Source: Azolla caroliniana (lineage: Eukaryota > Plantae > Polypodiophyta). From it: DNA of 64,000 nucleotides. The notes under the pieces are model-generated. The model was not told the origin of the DNA and ran no database searches. It saw nothing but the letters and a program-made list of their open reading frames with translations. The stretch spans positions 11,532,001-11,596,000 of the forward strand of contig JBHGNT010000011.1 of assembly GCA_043228905.1 (NCBI GenBank), written 5' to 3'. Positions 1 to 11,758 of the stretch are shown one piece after another (the stretch's first letter is position 1; each line of letters opens with the position of its first letter). Position numbers and translations under genes: made by a program.

Positions 1-177
1 TTGTCCACCATCTTACGGAGCTTTCGTCAATCAAGCGTTTTGTCTGATTTAGCCATGCCCGGAGGATGCACTGAATCCGGCCCATTCCCAATTGCGATTT
101 GATCTCCGCCGCTTGTCGTTCCTCCTTCAGTTGCTTGATGATTTTGACGTTGTCTTCCCCCTGCTCCTTGTAATGCG

Positions 178-2488
178 TCAATTGCCTTTGATATGTGCTT
201 TGTAATTTTTGCAATACCGTTGACGCTCTCTCCTTTTCTTCCTGCTGCTGCCTCTAGAGATCCATCCGGACCTTCTCCGCCTCGTCCAACCGTCTTGTAT
301 TTTCTGCACGTTCGTCGGCGATCGCCGTCGCGGCCCGATCAACTTCCTGCTGGAGTTCGGCCATCCGTTCCTTATGCTCCGTTTCCAGCCGTTTGAAGTC
401 TCGGTGCAGGTGCTCAAAATCATCTGCCTTTTGCTTGAGCCGTGCGTTGATCTGTCGACGGGCCCGGTCCTCGCAGTCCTCGTGGTCCTTCTGCTGGCGG
501 AGCTCTTCCTTTAGCCGTTCAATTTCCGTTTCCGTCGTCTTCCGCAGCTTGTCCTTTTCCTGCAGCACTTTGTCTTTTTCCTCCCTTAGCCGGTCGTACG
601 CTTGATGGCCTTTCCGGAGGCTCTCCTCTGCCCGGCGGAGGTTCTCAGTAGTCTTCTTTAATTCTGCTTCGGCCGCTGTCTTCAATTCCCGTTCCCGGCT
701 CCTTAGCGCTTCTTGTGCGGCAAGTTCATCTCTCAATTCCGCAAGCTCTTGGGCTTGCGCCGCATCTCTCTCTGGAACGGTTTCCGTTGCCGAGGTCTTA
801 TTGGTATGTACAGGTTGATCTGTTTCTTTATTCTATACACTTACCGGAGTCACCGGTGATTGGATTTGTGTTGCCGTTAAGGCCATTTTGGCCATCTCTA
901 CCATGACCTAATCCAAGTCTTTTTCAAGGCACCGGATTCTGGACCGGGCCGTCTCTAGTTGTTCGGTTGTGACAAGCAACCGTTCGCTTTGCGCTCTTTC
1001 TTCCGCCTCAATATACCCCACTGCTCCGGCAATCTGTTCGCCTATCCACCGGAGCCACAGGCTACCGATGCATTGTTGTTGTGCTTGCACAGAGGTTTGA
1101 CAGATATGCTCGCTTGTAGATGGGTGGTCTCGCCTGATTGTGCCGAGTTGCAATTCTGTTTCTGCCCGTGGACCACCCTGTTGTCCTGGTTCCCCTTGCG
1201 CTTCTTCTTGGTTGGCCGAGGGAGGCTGTATTGACCTTTCCGGCTCTGGCGGAATGGGACTTGCCGGTGCTGCCGGTGGTGCAGGGGCTTCTAATTCCGG
1301 TGTCGTGCGCACCGGTTCCGATTCCTCCCTTGGCGTGGGAGTCTCAGTATGGGGAGCCGGTGTTCCCTCCATCTGAGGGTTCGAACGTTTCCCGGCTGCC
1401 TCAACAGTCCTTGCCGACGACCGTCGCTGGAGGTGCTCCATAGGCTCCTCCTCTATTTCCTCTTCCTGAGTCCCGACATTGAGTTTTGCCGCCAAGGGGT
1501 CCGCTTCTCTATTCACCGGTCGACGGAGTGTAACCTTTACGGGCCATAGCGGTGGTTCCTCCTGCGCATCTGTTGGCCGCTTCCGGCTGGCGCTCTCCTT
1601 TCCCGCCTGTTCTGCGTCCGCCGCCTTCCCCTTAGTGGCCTTAGAAGCCAACAGTTGTTGTCTTTTGGAAGCCGTCTTTGGGGTGCCGTACGCCACTCTT
1701 CCCCGCTTCTTGGGCTCGACGGGCTCAACGGGTGGCACAAGCAAGGTGAGCCACTGCGTTACTGTGTGCCATATCCTCCGTCCTTCTCAGCCTTCTTGGC
1801 CGTCTTTTCCTCTGACGATCTCGATCTCCGCACACAAACCGTCTGCGATCAATACCGGCCAATCCACCTTGATCCCTTCATAGGTGGCGATGATCATCCC
1901 TGCCCGGTTCTGTGGCATGACAGGGGGTCTGGGGTACACATGGCCGTATTCGTGGAGCACACGGGCAATCTCGCGGAACAGCATATCTCCGCCGCCCTGT
2001 GTCTGGTAGCCCTTGCTGGCTAGGGAGTGCTCACCAAAATACTTGATGAGTTGCTCCGAGGTCGGATTGTCAATCGTGAATATGCCTCCCTCCGGAAGGC
2101 CTGTTAACGCACGGATCGCCTCATCCGTTATGACCTCTGTGTCGATTTCTTTGATCACCTTGTTAGCTTCTTTGTGTGGCGGTACCTCCATAATCGTCAA
2201 GAAGCCCTCGAGCCCGTGTTGCTTTAGCCATTTCTTAGCGGCTTCCGATAGCGTTTGCGGGTCCATGTCTGTGTCGAGGTCGGATTGTGGTGGCGAGGTT
2301 GGCTGGTGATGAGAGTGAGAGTGAGAGAGAGAGAGTTCAGAAGGCGGGGGTTCTCTGTGCGTAGGTTCTCGTCTGATGATCTTGCAGCGCCTTGGTGCTT
2401 CTGTGCTCCTGGGTTCGCGAAAGTAGAGGGTCTCCACGCGCAGTGGTTTTTCTCTGTGCATTCTGGCGCCTTTTTCAAGTGTGTGCAC
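178..2488 (-). pseudogene. Extra ORF downstream of pol (N-terminal plant-retrotransposon accessory domain, Pro/Glu-rich linker, long coiled coil), broken by stops/frameshifts
   Basis: ORF pieces 1787-2488, 908-1744 and 254-736. Motif EIARVLHEYGHV..MPQNRAGMIIATYEGIKVDW is shared with the second gypsy element. C-terminal part is E/K/R-rich and heptad-like. Confidence 0.75.
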
Positions 2489-2779
2489 GTCGTGTACTAA
2501 ACTAGCATTATGTCCTGTGGTGGCGCTTAAATGCCCACTACGTACCTTTTCGCTCCTCGCTCTCTCTCATACCTCGCTTTTGCATGATTACTTCGCTTCT
2601 TCTTCTTCTTCTTCTTTTATGTGGTTTGAGGTTAGTTTTCCGTTGGTCCTATCGGACCCTTACCGGCCTCATTACGGTTTGTCGTCGCCTCATTCTCCCC
2701 TATTACCGGCTTGCCGTCTCCTCCGTCTTGATGGTTGCCATCCCCCTCATAGGTTGTCATTTCCTCACCGGTGTTAGTC

Positions 2780-4027
2780 CTTTGTTCCAATGGGTTCTTA
2801 GGCATTGGTCCTCTCTATGGCCAGCAAGTGTCCCTAACTAGTAGGACCCATTATACTCACGTGTCAGCCAATATGGACCGGTCCATCTAAACCGTAGTTT
2901 ACCCGGCATCTTGCCCATCCGGGTCTGAAATACTAACACCGACTTGCCGATTGCGAACACTTTTTCATTTCCTTCCCTGTGTCGGTCGACAAATGCTTTC
3001 CGTCGCCGTTGTTCCAATTCTAAGTGCAGGATGCTTGCCAGTCGTTGTTCCTCGAGTTCACACAGCGTTGTTAACCGTATTGCCTCCGACTCCTTCTCGT
3101 TCAGCCGTTCCCGTAGCTGGATCCATAAGCTTGGTACTTGGAATTCCACCGGCATGACCGCCTCTAGTCCGAACGCTAACCGGAATGGTGTTGTCCGGAT
3201 GCTTGTTTTGTATGCTATCCGGTATGCCCAAAGCGCGCTATGTAGCTTGGTATCCCAATCCGTTCGGTTTTCGTTGACGATCTTCCGAAGGATATTCTGG
3301 AGTGTTTTGTTCGTCGATTCAGCTAACCCGTTCGCTTGCGGATAGTATGGTGTGCTCCGTTTATGGACAACGGCATAGAATGTCGTCAGGCTTTCAACTA
3401 CTTGGCCGAGAAAGTGTCCCCCTTAGTCGCTTATTAATTCGATTGGGCATCCGTAACGGCACCAGATGTACTCATATAGAAATTTTGTCGTTGACGCAGC
3501 GGTATTGTCTCTTAAGGCTTTGGCCTCCATCCATTTCGTGCAGTAATCCGTCGCGACGATGACGTACCGATTACCTGTTCTTATTGTCGGTGGTTTGAAC
3601 GGTCCAACAAAGTCCAACCCCACTTCTGGAATGGTTCGAGTGGTAGTACAGGCTGGTGTGGCATCCGGGCCTGCTCCGTTGGCTGGCCCATTCGCTGGCA
3701 TAGGTCACATTCTTTTGCGTACCGTACAACATCTCTTAATGTAGTTGGCCACCATAGGCCACTTTGCCATATTTTCCTGGCCGTCGCATCTCTGGCATAG
3801 TGACCTTCGGCAACTCCGCAATGGGCTTCCCTCAGTATGAGGTCCTTTTCATCGTTGCGCATAGCCCGTCTCCATATGCCGTCCACGCCCTTGTGGTAAA
3901 GTGTGTTTCGCAGTAAGCAGAAATGTCGGCTTTGCACCGCCAGGCGTTTCCTTTCGTCCCGGTTCATCTCTTCCGGAGGCAGTCCTGTGCTCAGAAACTG
4001 GTGCATGTTTGTGAGCCACTTGTCTTC
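2780..4027 (-). pseudogene. Gypsy integrase (frameshifted)
   Basis: HHCC zinc region (EAHCG..GHY..CDLCQ), core GLDFVGPF/CPIELISD, C-terminal KLRFRWTGPY; split over ORFs 3581-4006, 3423-3701 and 2838-3155. Confidence 0.9.
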
Positions 4028-5818
4028 CTATGCCACCGTCTTATCTACTGTTGTTTCCATAGTGACTCGAAACAGCTCTGCATCCGGAAACTCGTCCGCT
4101 ACTCCGTCGCCCATCTCTTCGGACTCTAATCGGCTTAAATAATCCGCTACGGCATGCTGTATACTTGGTCGGTGGAATATTTCGAACTCGAAATCTTGTA
4201 ACAGTAAGGTCCACCGGGCCAACTTACCGGTGAGTGATGCCTTGGACACCAGGTAGAGGAGCGCCGAATGATCTACATGGAAGGAAAACTTCCTTCCCAA
4301 TAAATAATGCCGAAACTTTGTCACACTGTAGATCATCCCTAGAGCTTCCCGTTCCGTGGTAGAGTAGTTCCGTTCCGCTTGGGATAGCTTTTGGCTGGCA
4401 TAGTACACTGGCCGGTACCACTTTGGCTCCGTAAGCTGCATCAGTACGCTTCCGATTGCGATGTCGGAGGCGTCCACGAACACATGAAATTCTTTACTCC
4501 AATCCAGAGGCTGCACTACCGGTGCTTGCGACAATAGTACCTTGAGGGCCCTATACGCCCTATCCTCGGTGTCGGTCCACTGGAATGGTGTCTGATGTAC
4601 GGCGGCATGCAACGGTGTAGCCAGGTCGGCCAAGTATCGGAGCATCCGGTTGTGCCACTGGATCTGGCCTAAGAACCGGCTCAATGCCTTTGCTGTTGCC
4701 GGCGCTGGTGCTTCTAAGATGGCTTTCACTTTGTCTGGGTCGACTGCAATGCCTTCCTGGCTCACAATATGTCCTAGTAAGGTTCCATTGGACACGCCAA
4801 ATACACACTTCGCCGAATTCAAGCTTAGCCGGTACGCTCTACACTTTTCTAGACAAAGACGGAGGTGCTGAAAATGGTCCTCCTCCCGGCTATAGACGGC
4901 GAAATCGTCAAGGAAAACCTGCATAAAAGTCGGGATATATTCACCAAAGATTTCCATGATGATTCGTTGAAATGTTGTCGGTGCCGTTTTGAGTTCGAAC
5001 ATCATCACCACGGCCACAAACACCCCCCATTCGGTGACGAAAGCCATTTTCTCTTGGTCGTCAGGGTGCATCTGGATCTGATTATACCCGTTGAATCTGT
5101 CTAGAAAGCTATAGACCTCATGGCCGGCGACGGCATCCAACACTCCATCTGTGAATGGAAGTGGAAACGCATCCATTACTGTAGCCGCATTGAGTTTCTG
5201 GTAGTCCACACAAACTCGAATTTTTCCGTTCTTCTTCGGTACAACTACGATCAGGCTCAGCCATGTCGCTTTCTTTACCGGACGGATAAAGCCAACTCTT
5301 AGCAGTTTGTCGATTTCCTCCTTGACTTTGGCAGCATAATTGGGATTCATCCGGTACCGTCTTTGTGCAACTGGTTTTGCGTCCTTGCTCAAGTGAATCT
5401 GATGCTGGTATAACTGAGGGTCGAGTCCTCGCATGTCTTCGTATGACCAGGCGAACACGTCGCGAAATTCCGTGAGAAGTGTGATCATCGCCGTTTTGTC
5501 TTCAGACTTCATCTCCTTGGCGATGTGCACCGGTTTTGCTTCGTCCGTGGTCCCTAGGTTCACCTCTTCAAGTTGCGACGCTTTTACGCGTTGTGAAATG
5601 GTCATTTCCCGTTCCAACGCTTCCTGCGCTTGCCGTAACTCTCGGATTGCGTCTTTATCCGGTTCTGCTTCAGTCTCTTCCGGCTGCGGTAAGTATGGTG
5701 CTACTGCTTCGGCAATGTCAATTTCGAAGAGGGGTACGATCTTCGGGTTTTCCTGCAAGTACTGAGCTTCTTCTTCGTCAGCTAACCCTTCTAGCATGTT
5801 GACGCACTTTGCATACAA
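4028..5818 (-). CDS. Gypsy pol: reverse transcriptase + RNase H (open segment of a disrupted polyprotein)
   Basis: 596-aa ORF with VVVPKKNGKIRVCVDY, FLDDF, VFVDASDIAIG, NYSTTEREAL and VDHSAL motifs. Confidence 0.92.
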   Translation of the reverse strand: MYAKCVNMLEGLADEEEAQYLQENPKIVPLFEIDIAEAVAPYLPQPEETEAEPDKDAIRELRQAQEALEREMTISQRVKASQLEEVNLGTTDEAKPVHIAKEMKSEDKTAMITLLTEFRDVFAWSYEDMRGLDPQLYQHQIHLSKDAKPVAQRRYRMNPNYAAKVKEEIDKLLRVGFIRPVKKATWLSLIVVVPKKNGKIRVCVDYQKLNAATVMDAFPLPFTDGVLDAVAGHEVYSFLDRFNGYNQIQMHPDDQEKMAFVTEWGVFVAVVMMFELKTAPTTFQRIIMEIFGEYIPTFMQVFLDDFAVYSREEDHFQHLRLCLEKCRAYRLSLNSAKCVFGVSNGTLLGHIVSQEGIAVDPDKVKAILEAPAPATAKALSRFLGQIQWHNRMLRYLADLATPLHAAVHQTPFQWTDTEDRAYRALKVLLSQAPVVQPLDWSKEFHVFVDASDIAIGSVLMQLTEPKWYRPVYYASQKLSQAERNYSTTEREALGMIYSVTKFRHYLLGRKFSFHVDHSALLYLVSKASLTGKLARWTLLLQDFEFEIFHRPSIQHAVADYLSRLESEEMGDGVADEFPDAELFRVTMETTVDKTVA

Positions 5819-5881
5819 CGGTGTACATTCCTTGACTGTGCTCGTCTTTGGTTGTGTTGGTATGCGTACCTTAGCTTTTCC

Positions 5882-8437
5882 TCACCAGAAGGTAATTATA
5901 TTTTTCCTCCAATTCTGTTTGATATGTGCCGTTTTCAACCACGGCCGCCCCAGCAATAGCGGGTATGCACCTTGTGCCTGTAATTGTAGCACTACTACCG
6001 AGATGTGAAATGTATGACCGCCAACGGTGACTTCTAATTTTCGTATCAATCCTGTCGGCCGCACTGAGCTTGTATCGGCCATCCGTAACCAGAACGAACA
6101 CGGCTCCCACTCGTGGATTCCCAGGGCATCACACGTCCGGAGGCTTATTACATTCACCCCGGAGCCTCCGTCTATAACTGTGCCGGGGAGTTCTTTCCCT
6201 TTTACAATGGCAGTGATTACCGGACTGTTGGTGTCCACCACCGTTGGTCCCTCCTCCGGATTCGAGAAGAGTACCGGTGCCGGTGATGATTCTCCTGCCG
6301 TCATGGCCGTCTTCAGTCCTTCCGTGAATCTTGGCACGAGTTGTAGGAGTCTTCCTAGTGGCAGCGTAATCCGGCATTCTTGCAACGCCGGCCATGTCTC
6401 GTTCTCGGAGTGACTGTTGCCGGCAAGCCCTACAGTATTCTCCTTTTGCCGCTGTAAGTCTGTGACATTTTGCTCGTTTGCTTTTTTCACCCATTCCGTC
6501 GCTTGCTTTCGGATGGTCTCTTGCGTCTCCCATTCCTTGGCCATGCCCTTCGACCTTGTGGTCACCTGCTGCAGATCTGCCACTTCAGGGACTACCATAT
6601 TTACTGCCGGTCGTTTGTCATAGCTCTTCGCCGGGCATTGATTACTATAATGGCCTTCCTGTCAGCAGTAGTAGCAGTAGGCTTTCCGGGTATTGCTGGA
6701 TTCGGCATTGTCTGTTGTACCCGAGGCAGGTCCCGTGGTAAGCGCGGGGTTTTGGGCTGGTTGGCTGCTTGAAGCTCCTTGTTCCAGATCTCGTGGGTAG
6801 CCGCCTTTTTTGAAATGCCATTTTTTGTTATAGTTCTTCTTATTGCGGTACTCTTGACGAGGTTGGTCGTTATATCTGCCGTATTCCTCCCATTGTTGAC
6901 GATACCCAGGGGAGTGCTCCCGGTCGTAATGTTTGTATCGTCTATTGTAATCCCGGTACCGATCATATCTATCATGCCGGTTGTAGTTATCCCGCCGATC
7001 ACCGTACCGAACATCATTCTCCCGTCGATCACCATATCGGACATCCTATGTCGGTCGGTCGCAGTCCATTCGCCGCCAGCGTTCCTCTTCTTCATCCCGG
7101 CTGCTGCGTGGCTCTATTTGTCGAACGGGCGGTGCTTGCTGGTTCAATAGATTATACTCACACCTATCCGTCGTATGGCCCTTGGATTGACAGATTACAC
7201 ATTGCGTCCTCATAGTGCATTCTAGTGCCGAGTGTCCGGAATTCAAGCAGGTTGTGCACTGTATTGCTTGCCGAAACCGGAGGTCTTCATCGGACGGTAA
7301 CGCCCATTGGAGTGCTCCCAGTGTGAGCCAGGAGCTTGTCTTTTCCATCTCTCTCACCCGGTCAATGACCTGGTCGATGGTACTTGTGCGGAAGTCAATT
7401 ACCGTGCAAACCGTGCATAGGGGTTCCCAGAGCGCATTTAGGAATATAGTCCATAATTCCTCCTTCGGGGGTGCGCGAGCAAGCTGACTATGCATCCGTT
7501 GAAACCGGATGACAAACTGGGGAATGCTCTCCCCTGCCTCCTATCGGATGGTATAAAATAAGCCCACCATTACTGTCTAGTCCACCTCCTTTTGGAAAAA
7601 ATGCAAGAATTTAGCTTTTAAATCTGCGAAGGTGGTGATGGTAGACGGGTCCTGCGTCCGGCGCCATCTCGTTGCCGGTCCCTCCAATGTGACGCCAAAT
7701 TCTACTATCTTAGAGCGTTCCTCTTCTTCCGGGGCAATCGCTGGGACACATGGTTTTCTTCCCATGTCTGTTCAAAGGCGTGAACATGAGCTTCCGCATC
7801 CGGATCATCTCTATACTTGGAGTACTGGAACGGCATGTCGTCGTCCGGTATCGGTGCGCGGGCTGGCGGTGTTGGTGGTCGTTCCTGGTTTTTCTCCGGC
7901 GTCGGTGGTCTTTCCTTATTTGTTTCTGGTGTCAGTGGTCTTTCCTCTTCTTCTGGTGACGGAGGTCTCTCCTCCTTGACTTCCGGTGTCAGAGGCTTCG
8001 TCCTCCGGTCCGCCCGGGGTTTCGTTGCCGCTACGGTAGTTCGTGTGCACGTTGTATTCCCCTTCAGAATCTGATTCATACGCTGAAAAGGCTTCTGCTT
8101 CGCCTTCTCCGCTTGCCAACACCTGGAGAAGGGATTCGGTTTCCCGAAGGCTGCTTAGGCTGCTGCCGTCGTCCGGGTGCGATGTTTGCTGTAACCAGAG
8201 GGACTCCTCTGCTACTCTCCGGATTACGTTAGAAAATGAGCGATCTGCTCTAATTTCCTGCGCCTCTTGCTGGAAAGCCTCACGTCTCCTTTGCCTTTCG
8301 GCAAGGCGTCGAGTTCGATCTGTAACCAGATCGTGCATTGATCTAGTCATCCATTCGTGCCGTCGTTCGCTGCAAAAATAGGAATCGTGGTCACCAAAAA
8401 CTGTGTTAACTCTTAGGGTCGGACAATGGCCTAACAC
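5882..8437 (-). pseudogene. Gypsy gag and aspartic protease (frameshifted)
   Basis: Protease IDGGSGVN and LLGRPWL; CCHC knuckles CTTCLNSGHSALEC and CVICQSKGHTTDRC; Retrotrans_gag-like segment LEGPATRW..F. Confidence 0.85.
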
Positions 8438-8867
8438 AGGGTGTCTACGGAAGACACTTCACCAAAGGGGTGTTACGGCAATAGGATTAGACTCAACGAT
8501 TAATCCGACTTAATTAGGCTACTTAGCAAGATCGTCCTTAATAATCACACGCGTAAGATATAACAATGAATGCAGAACGGCAATTAACACAGAGAGATAA
8601 AAAACACTAAGCTTCATTAATTATCCGCCTCTCATTACATTGTATCCGGGCCTTTAAATAGGTTTCCGGTCTGTAGTACAAAACGGTGCCATCCGCACTT
8701 GTTCGGGATCGGTCCGGATCCGGAACGGCATACCGATTCCGGTCCGTCCGTCCACACTCATAGCTTACTTACAACCATTCCTAATAATTAATTAACTCCT
8801 CCGTTGCACACTCATAGCTTCTTTGTCGGCCGGTAACACCCGTCTTGGTGCCTTGCATGCTATAACA
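8404..8867 (-). repeat. 5' LTR of first gypsy element (~464 bp), with PBS-like TGGTGACCACG at ~8385-8395 (- strand)
   Basis: TGTTA...TAACA termini. Size and spacing to the PBS match the LTRs of the second gypsy element. The partner LTR is outside the window, so boundaries are unconfirmed. Confidence 0.65.
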
Positions 8868-9806
8868 CTCAAGTTCTATGACCAAGACAAAGGATCCATG
8901 CAATTAAGATGCTAACTTTGAAACTTGTGTGCTCATACAAGCAAAAAAAACTAACTTACTATAAATGACAATGGTGATGGCAAATGATAAAGTTTTTGCA
9001 TATTGATGTCAACACAACCCTGAGGTTTCCATAGATAATGTCAACCAAGGTAGGGTAGTTGGTTCGCTTGCATAGAAAAAATAAATGTAATGAATATAAT
9101 AAAAAAGAGGACAAGTACAAAAACTTCCAACTTCAAGAGGTGTTCAAAGAGGAAGAACTTACAAGAAACTGGAAAATAACCACCCAAACTTCAAGAGGAG
9201 ATGCAAGTCATGAATTGGTGGTCAATGTGCAAGATTATTCCCTCTCATTCCTACAACCCAATTCATCTCATTAATTTATTGGACAATTGGGTAGATTCAT
9301 ATCATTAAATAATCATTGATAATTCATCTATTTTGAAATCGAGAAGCCTTTGATATCAATTTTCTTCGTAAAGTATATAACAACAATGGTCTTATGGTCT
9401 AATTGTTATGACATTGGTCTTTAAATACAAAATTTTGAGTTCAAGTCATTGTTGGACCTTCCCCATCTCATGTCATGCAGATTTCACATTTTTCCTTTTC
9501 CTCTTGACAACAAAATTATTTATGTAGAGAGATTTTTCTATTGACAATAAAATTACTTATGTAGAGAGATTCTCCTATTGACAATAAAATTATCTACATC
9601 TACCCATCACTATTGGAGGAAAGCCCCAAAACAACATGCCCAATTTTTAAGAAAATTACTAAAAAAATTACCATTTGTGTGCTAGTTGGGAAAATAACTC
9701 TATTTAGCTTGCAATAAGTGGTTGTTAATAATTCCTAGTCTTGATTGTTATGTGCTTAATTGACTCAAATGAAGATCCCATAACACTAATCAAACTAGTC
9801 ACGCAC

Positions 9807-11100
9807 TTTTTCTTCTTCTTTTTTCTAAAATGAAGCTACTTTCCCATTAGTTAGGTAAGATTATTACAAAGAGACTATACAAGGAGGCTTAAGCATAGAT
9901 CAGGGAATCCCCCTCCGATCAAGGTCTAGAAATTGAGACTAGTTACACTGCCTTTCGGACGGACTACTTAGTGTAAGTACCTATAGCTAAAACAGTGCCC
10001 TGTAGTGATGGCTAGTACGAGACAACTCTTGGGGTCGACAACAGAGGGAGGGTGGTAAGTGAGCCGGAAACAGCCAGCGTGGGGACTGGTAGTTCCACCT
10101 CGGGCCACTTCCTCCTTGTGTCACCATAGGCGTGTTCCGCCATTTCTACCAAAAGCGCAAACGGGCAGTATCCACGTTAGAGGAATGGCTGCAAACCTCG
10201 TCCAATTGCCCTCGTAGGCAGCTAATAAGCGCAAACCATATGTCCATGATCACTTCCTCCGGGGGTCGCACTAGATCCTGGAAGACCTTTAGGCAACGCG
10301 CTTTCCAGACGTACCACAGGGTGAAGCCTACGATCAACATCCAAATGTCCGGGAACCTAGGGGATGCGGACTGCAAGCCTCTCTCAAATCGAATCTTGGA
10401 GATTTTTCCTCGCATGCATACATAGCACCAACTATCCGCATTGAAGGCGTCCGTCCACCTATCACCAGAATGATCAAGCCATGCCACAACACTCCACGAT
10501 GTTGTTCCTTCCACTTCACATGCCACAAGGAGGCGAGTCACTCTATCCCATACCTTTTGAGCGTGAGAGAAAACCCACAGACAATGCCTCAGAGTCTCAA
10601 TAGGTGAATGGCAAAGTGGGCAGCCTAACGGGCCGCCACGTTTACCTAGCCATTCGCCAACGGGAACCACATTATGCCCGATTTGCCACCAAAAAAACTT
10701 TATCTTTTCTGGCAAGTGGAGACACCAGAGACCCTTCCAAAAGGTAATGAGCACCTTCATCAGGGATGCCCAATGTACGCCAGCCATTGCGTAAGGGGTC
10801 GTCTAGTTGCAGTTGAAAAGCCCGACCTAGTTTAGTGTTGTACTCGAAGAAATGGCGAAATCTGCCAGCATGTTTCCATCTGAAATCCCCTGGGTCCCAT
10901 TCTAGTTCGACGAGGGGACAACAACCATATACCCATAACTTCCAATGGGGTTCCACCTTAGCAACATCCGGGTCTATCTTCCAAATGTTACCAACCTGCA
11001 CCACCACGCAGATAGAGTGTCAAGAGACCCTACTCTGACTCTCCCCAAAAATCCTATCTCTTCCCGACCCGCTCATGCCCTTCAACGCCTTAACCCTTCC
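9807..11100 (-). mobile_element. L1-type LINE 3' fragment (zf-RVT region)
   Basis: ORF 10146-10787 has LW..LPEKIKFFWW..C..C....ET..HCL, the plant L1 zf-RVT motif, and WYVWKARC; a T-rich stretch at ~9807-9826 may be the tail. Confidence 0.75.
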
Positions 11101-11758
11101 AGCCTCATCTTAGGCCTAAAGTGTCCATGGGAGCTTCGTTTTACTCCGATAATAGCAACATACCTTTTTTAATCTTCGATAGTGACCTTGTAATTAATGT
11201 TGTTTGTATGACAATTGCATTTACATCTTAATATAAAGATGCATTATGCAAACAAAAAGTTCATTTAAAGCATACATATTTTTGTGGAGTTAGTTTTTTA
11301 TCAATGTAAAACCTAATAACATACCATTAATATTAAAGGAAGTTATCAAAACAACATAAAAAGTTAGAAACATACCAAAATGGCATTCTTGTTAGTGTTG
11401 ATCACTTGTAAATTAGTGTTGATCCCCTCCAATTAAATGTTAACTTAGTCAAGGGTTGATTCAGCATCAAGAATGCCATTTTGGTATGTTTCTAACTTTT
11501 TATGTTGTTTTGGTAACTTCCTTTAATATTAATGGTATGTTATTAGGTTTTACATTGATAAAAAACTAACTCCACAAAAATATGTATGCTTTAAATGAAC
11601 TTTTTGTTTGCATAATGCATCTTTATATTAAGATGTAAATGAAATTGTTATACAAACAACATTAATTACAAGGTCACTATCGAAGATTTAAAAAGGTATG
11701 TTGCTATTATCCGAGTAAAACGAAGCTCCCATGGACACTTTAGGCCTAAGGAGAGGCT
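11101..11758. repeat. Long inverted repeat / foldback element (arms 11101-11391 and 11468-11758, spacer ~76 bp)
   Basis: The ~290-bp arms are near-perfect reverse complements (e.g. aggcctaaagtgtccatgggagcttcg vs cgaagctcccatggacactttaggcct). Confidence 0.9.

Larger units (their letters stand above)
1..8867 (-). mobile_element. Ty3/gypsy LTR retrotransposon (non-chromovirus, Athila/Tat-related), degenerate, 3' end outside window
   Basis: Order on the - strand: LTR, PBS, gag (CCHC knuckles), protease (VIDGGSGVN), RT (VCVDYQKLN, FLDDF), RNase H (VFVDAS, NYSTTEREAL), integrase (GLDFVGPF, YYPQANG), extra ORF. Many stops and frameshifts. Confidence 0.95.

Noticed and set aside
178-2488. env gene / endogenous retrovirus
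   Set aside because: No signal peptide or transmembrane segment is visible in either extra ORF
193-8381. Many + strand ORFs over the gypsy element (and similarly at 45630-53678)
   Set aside because: Antisense shadows of GC-rich retrotransposon coding sequence with no independent motifs
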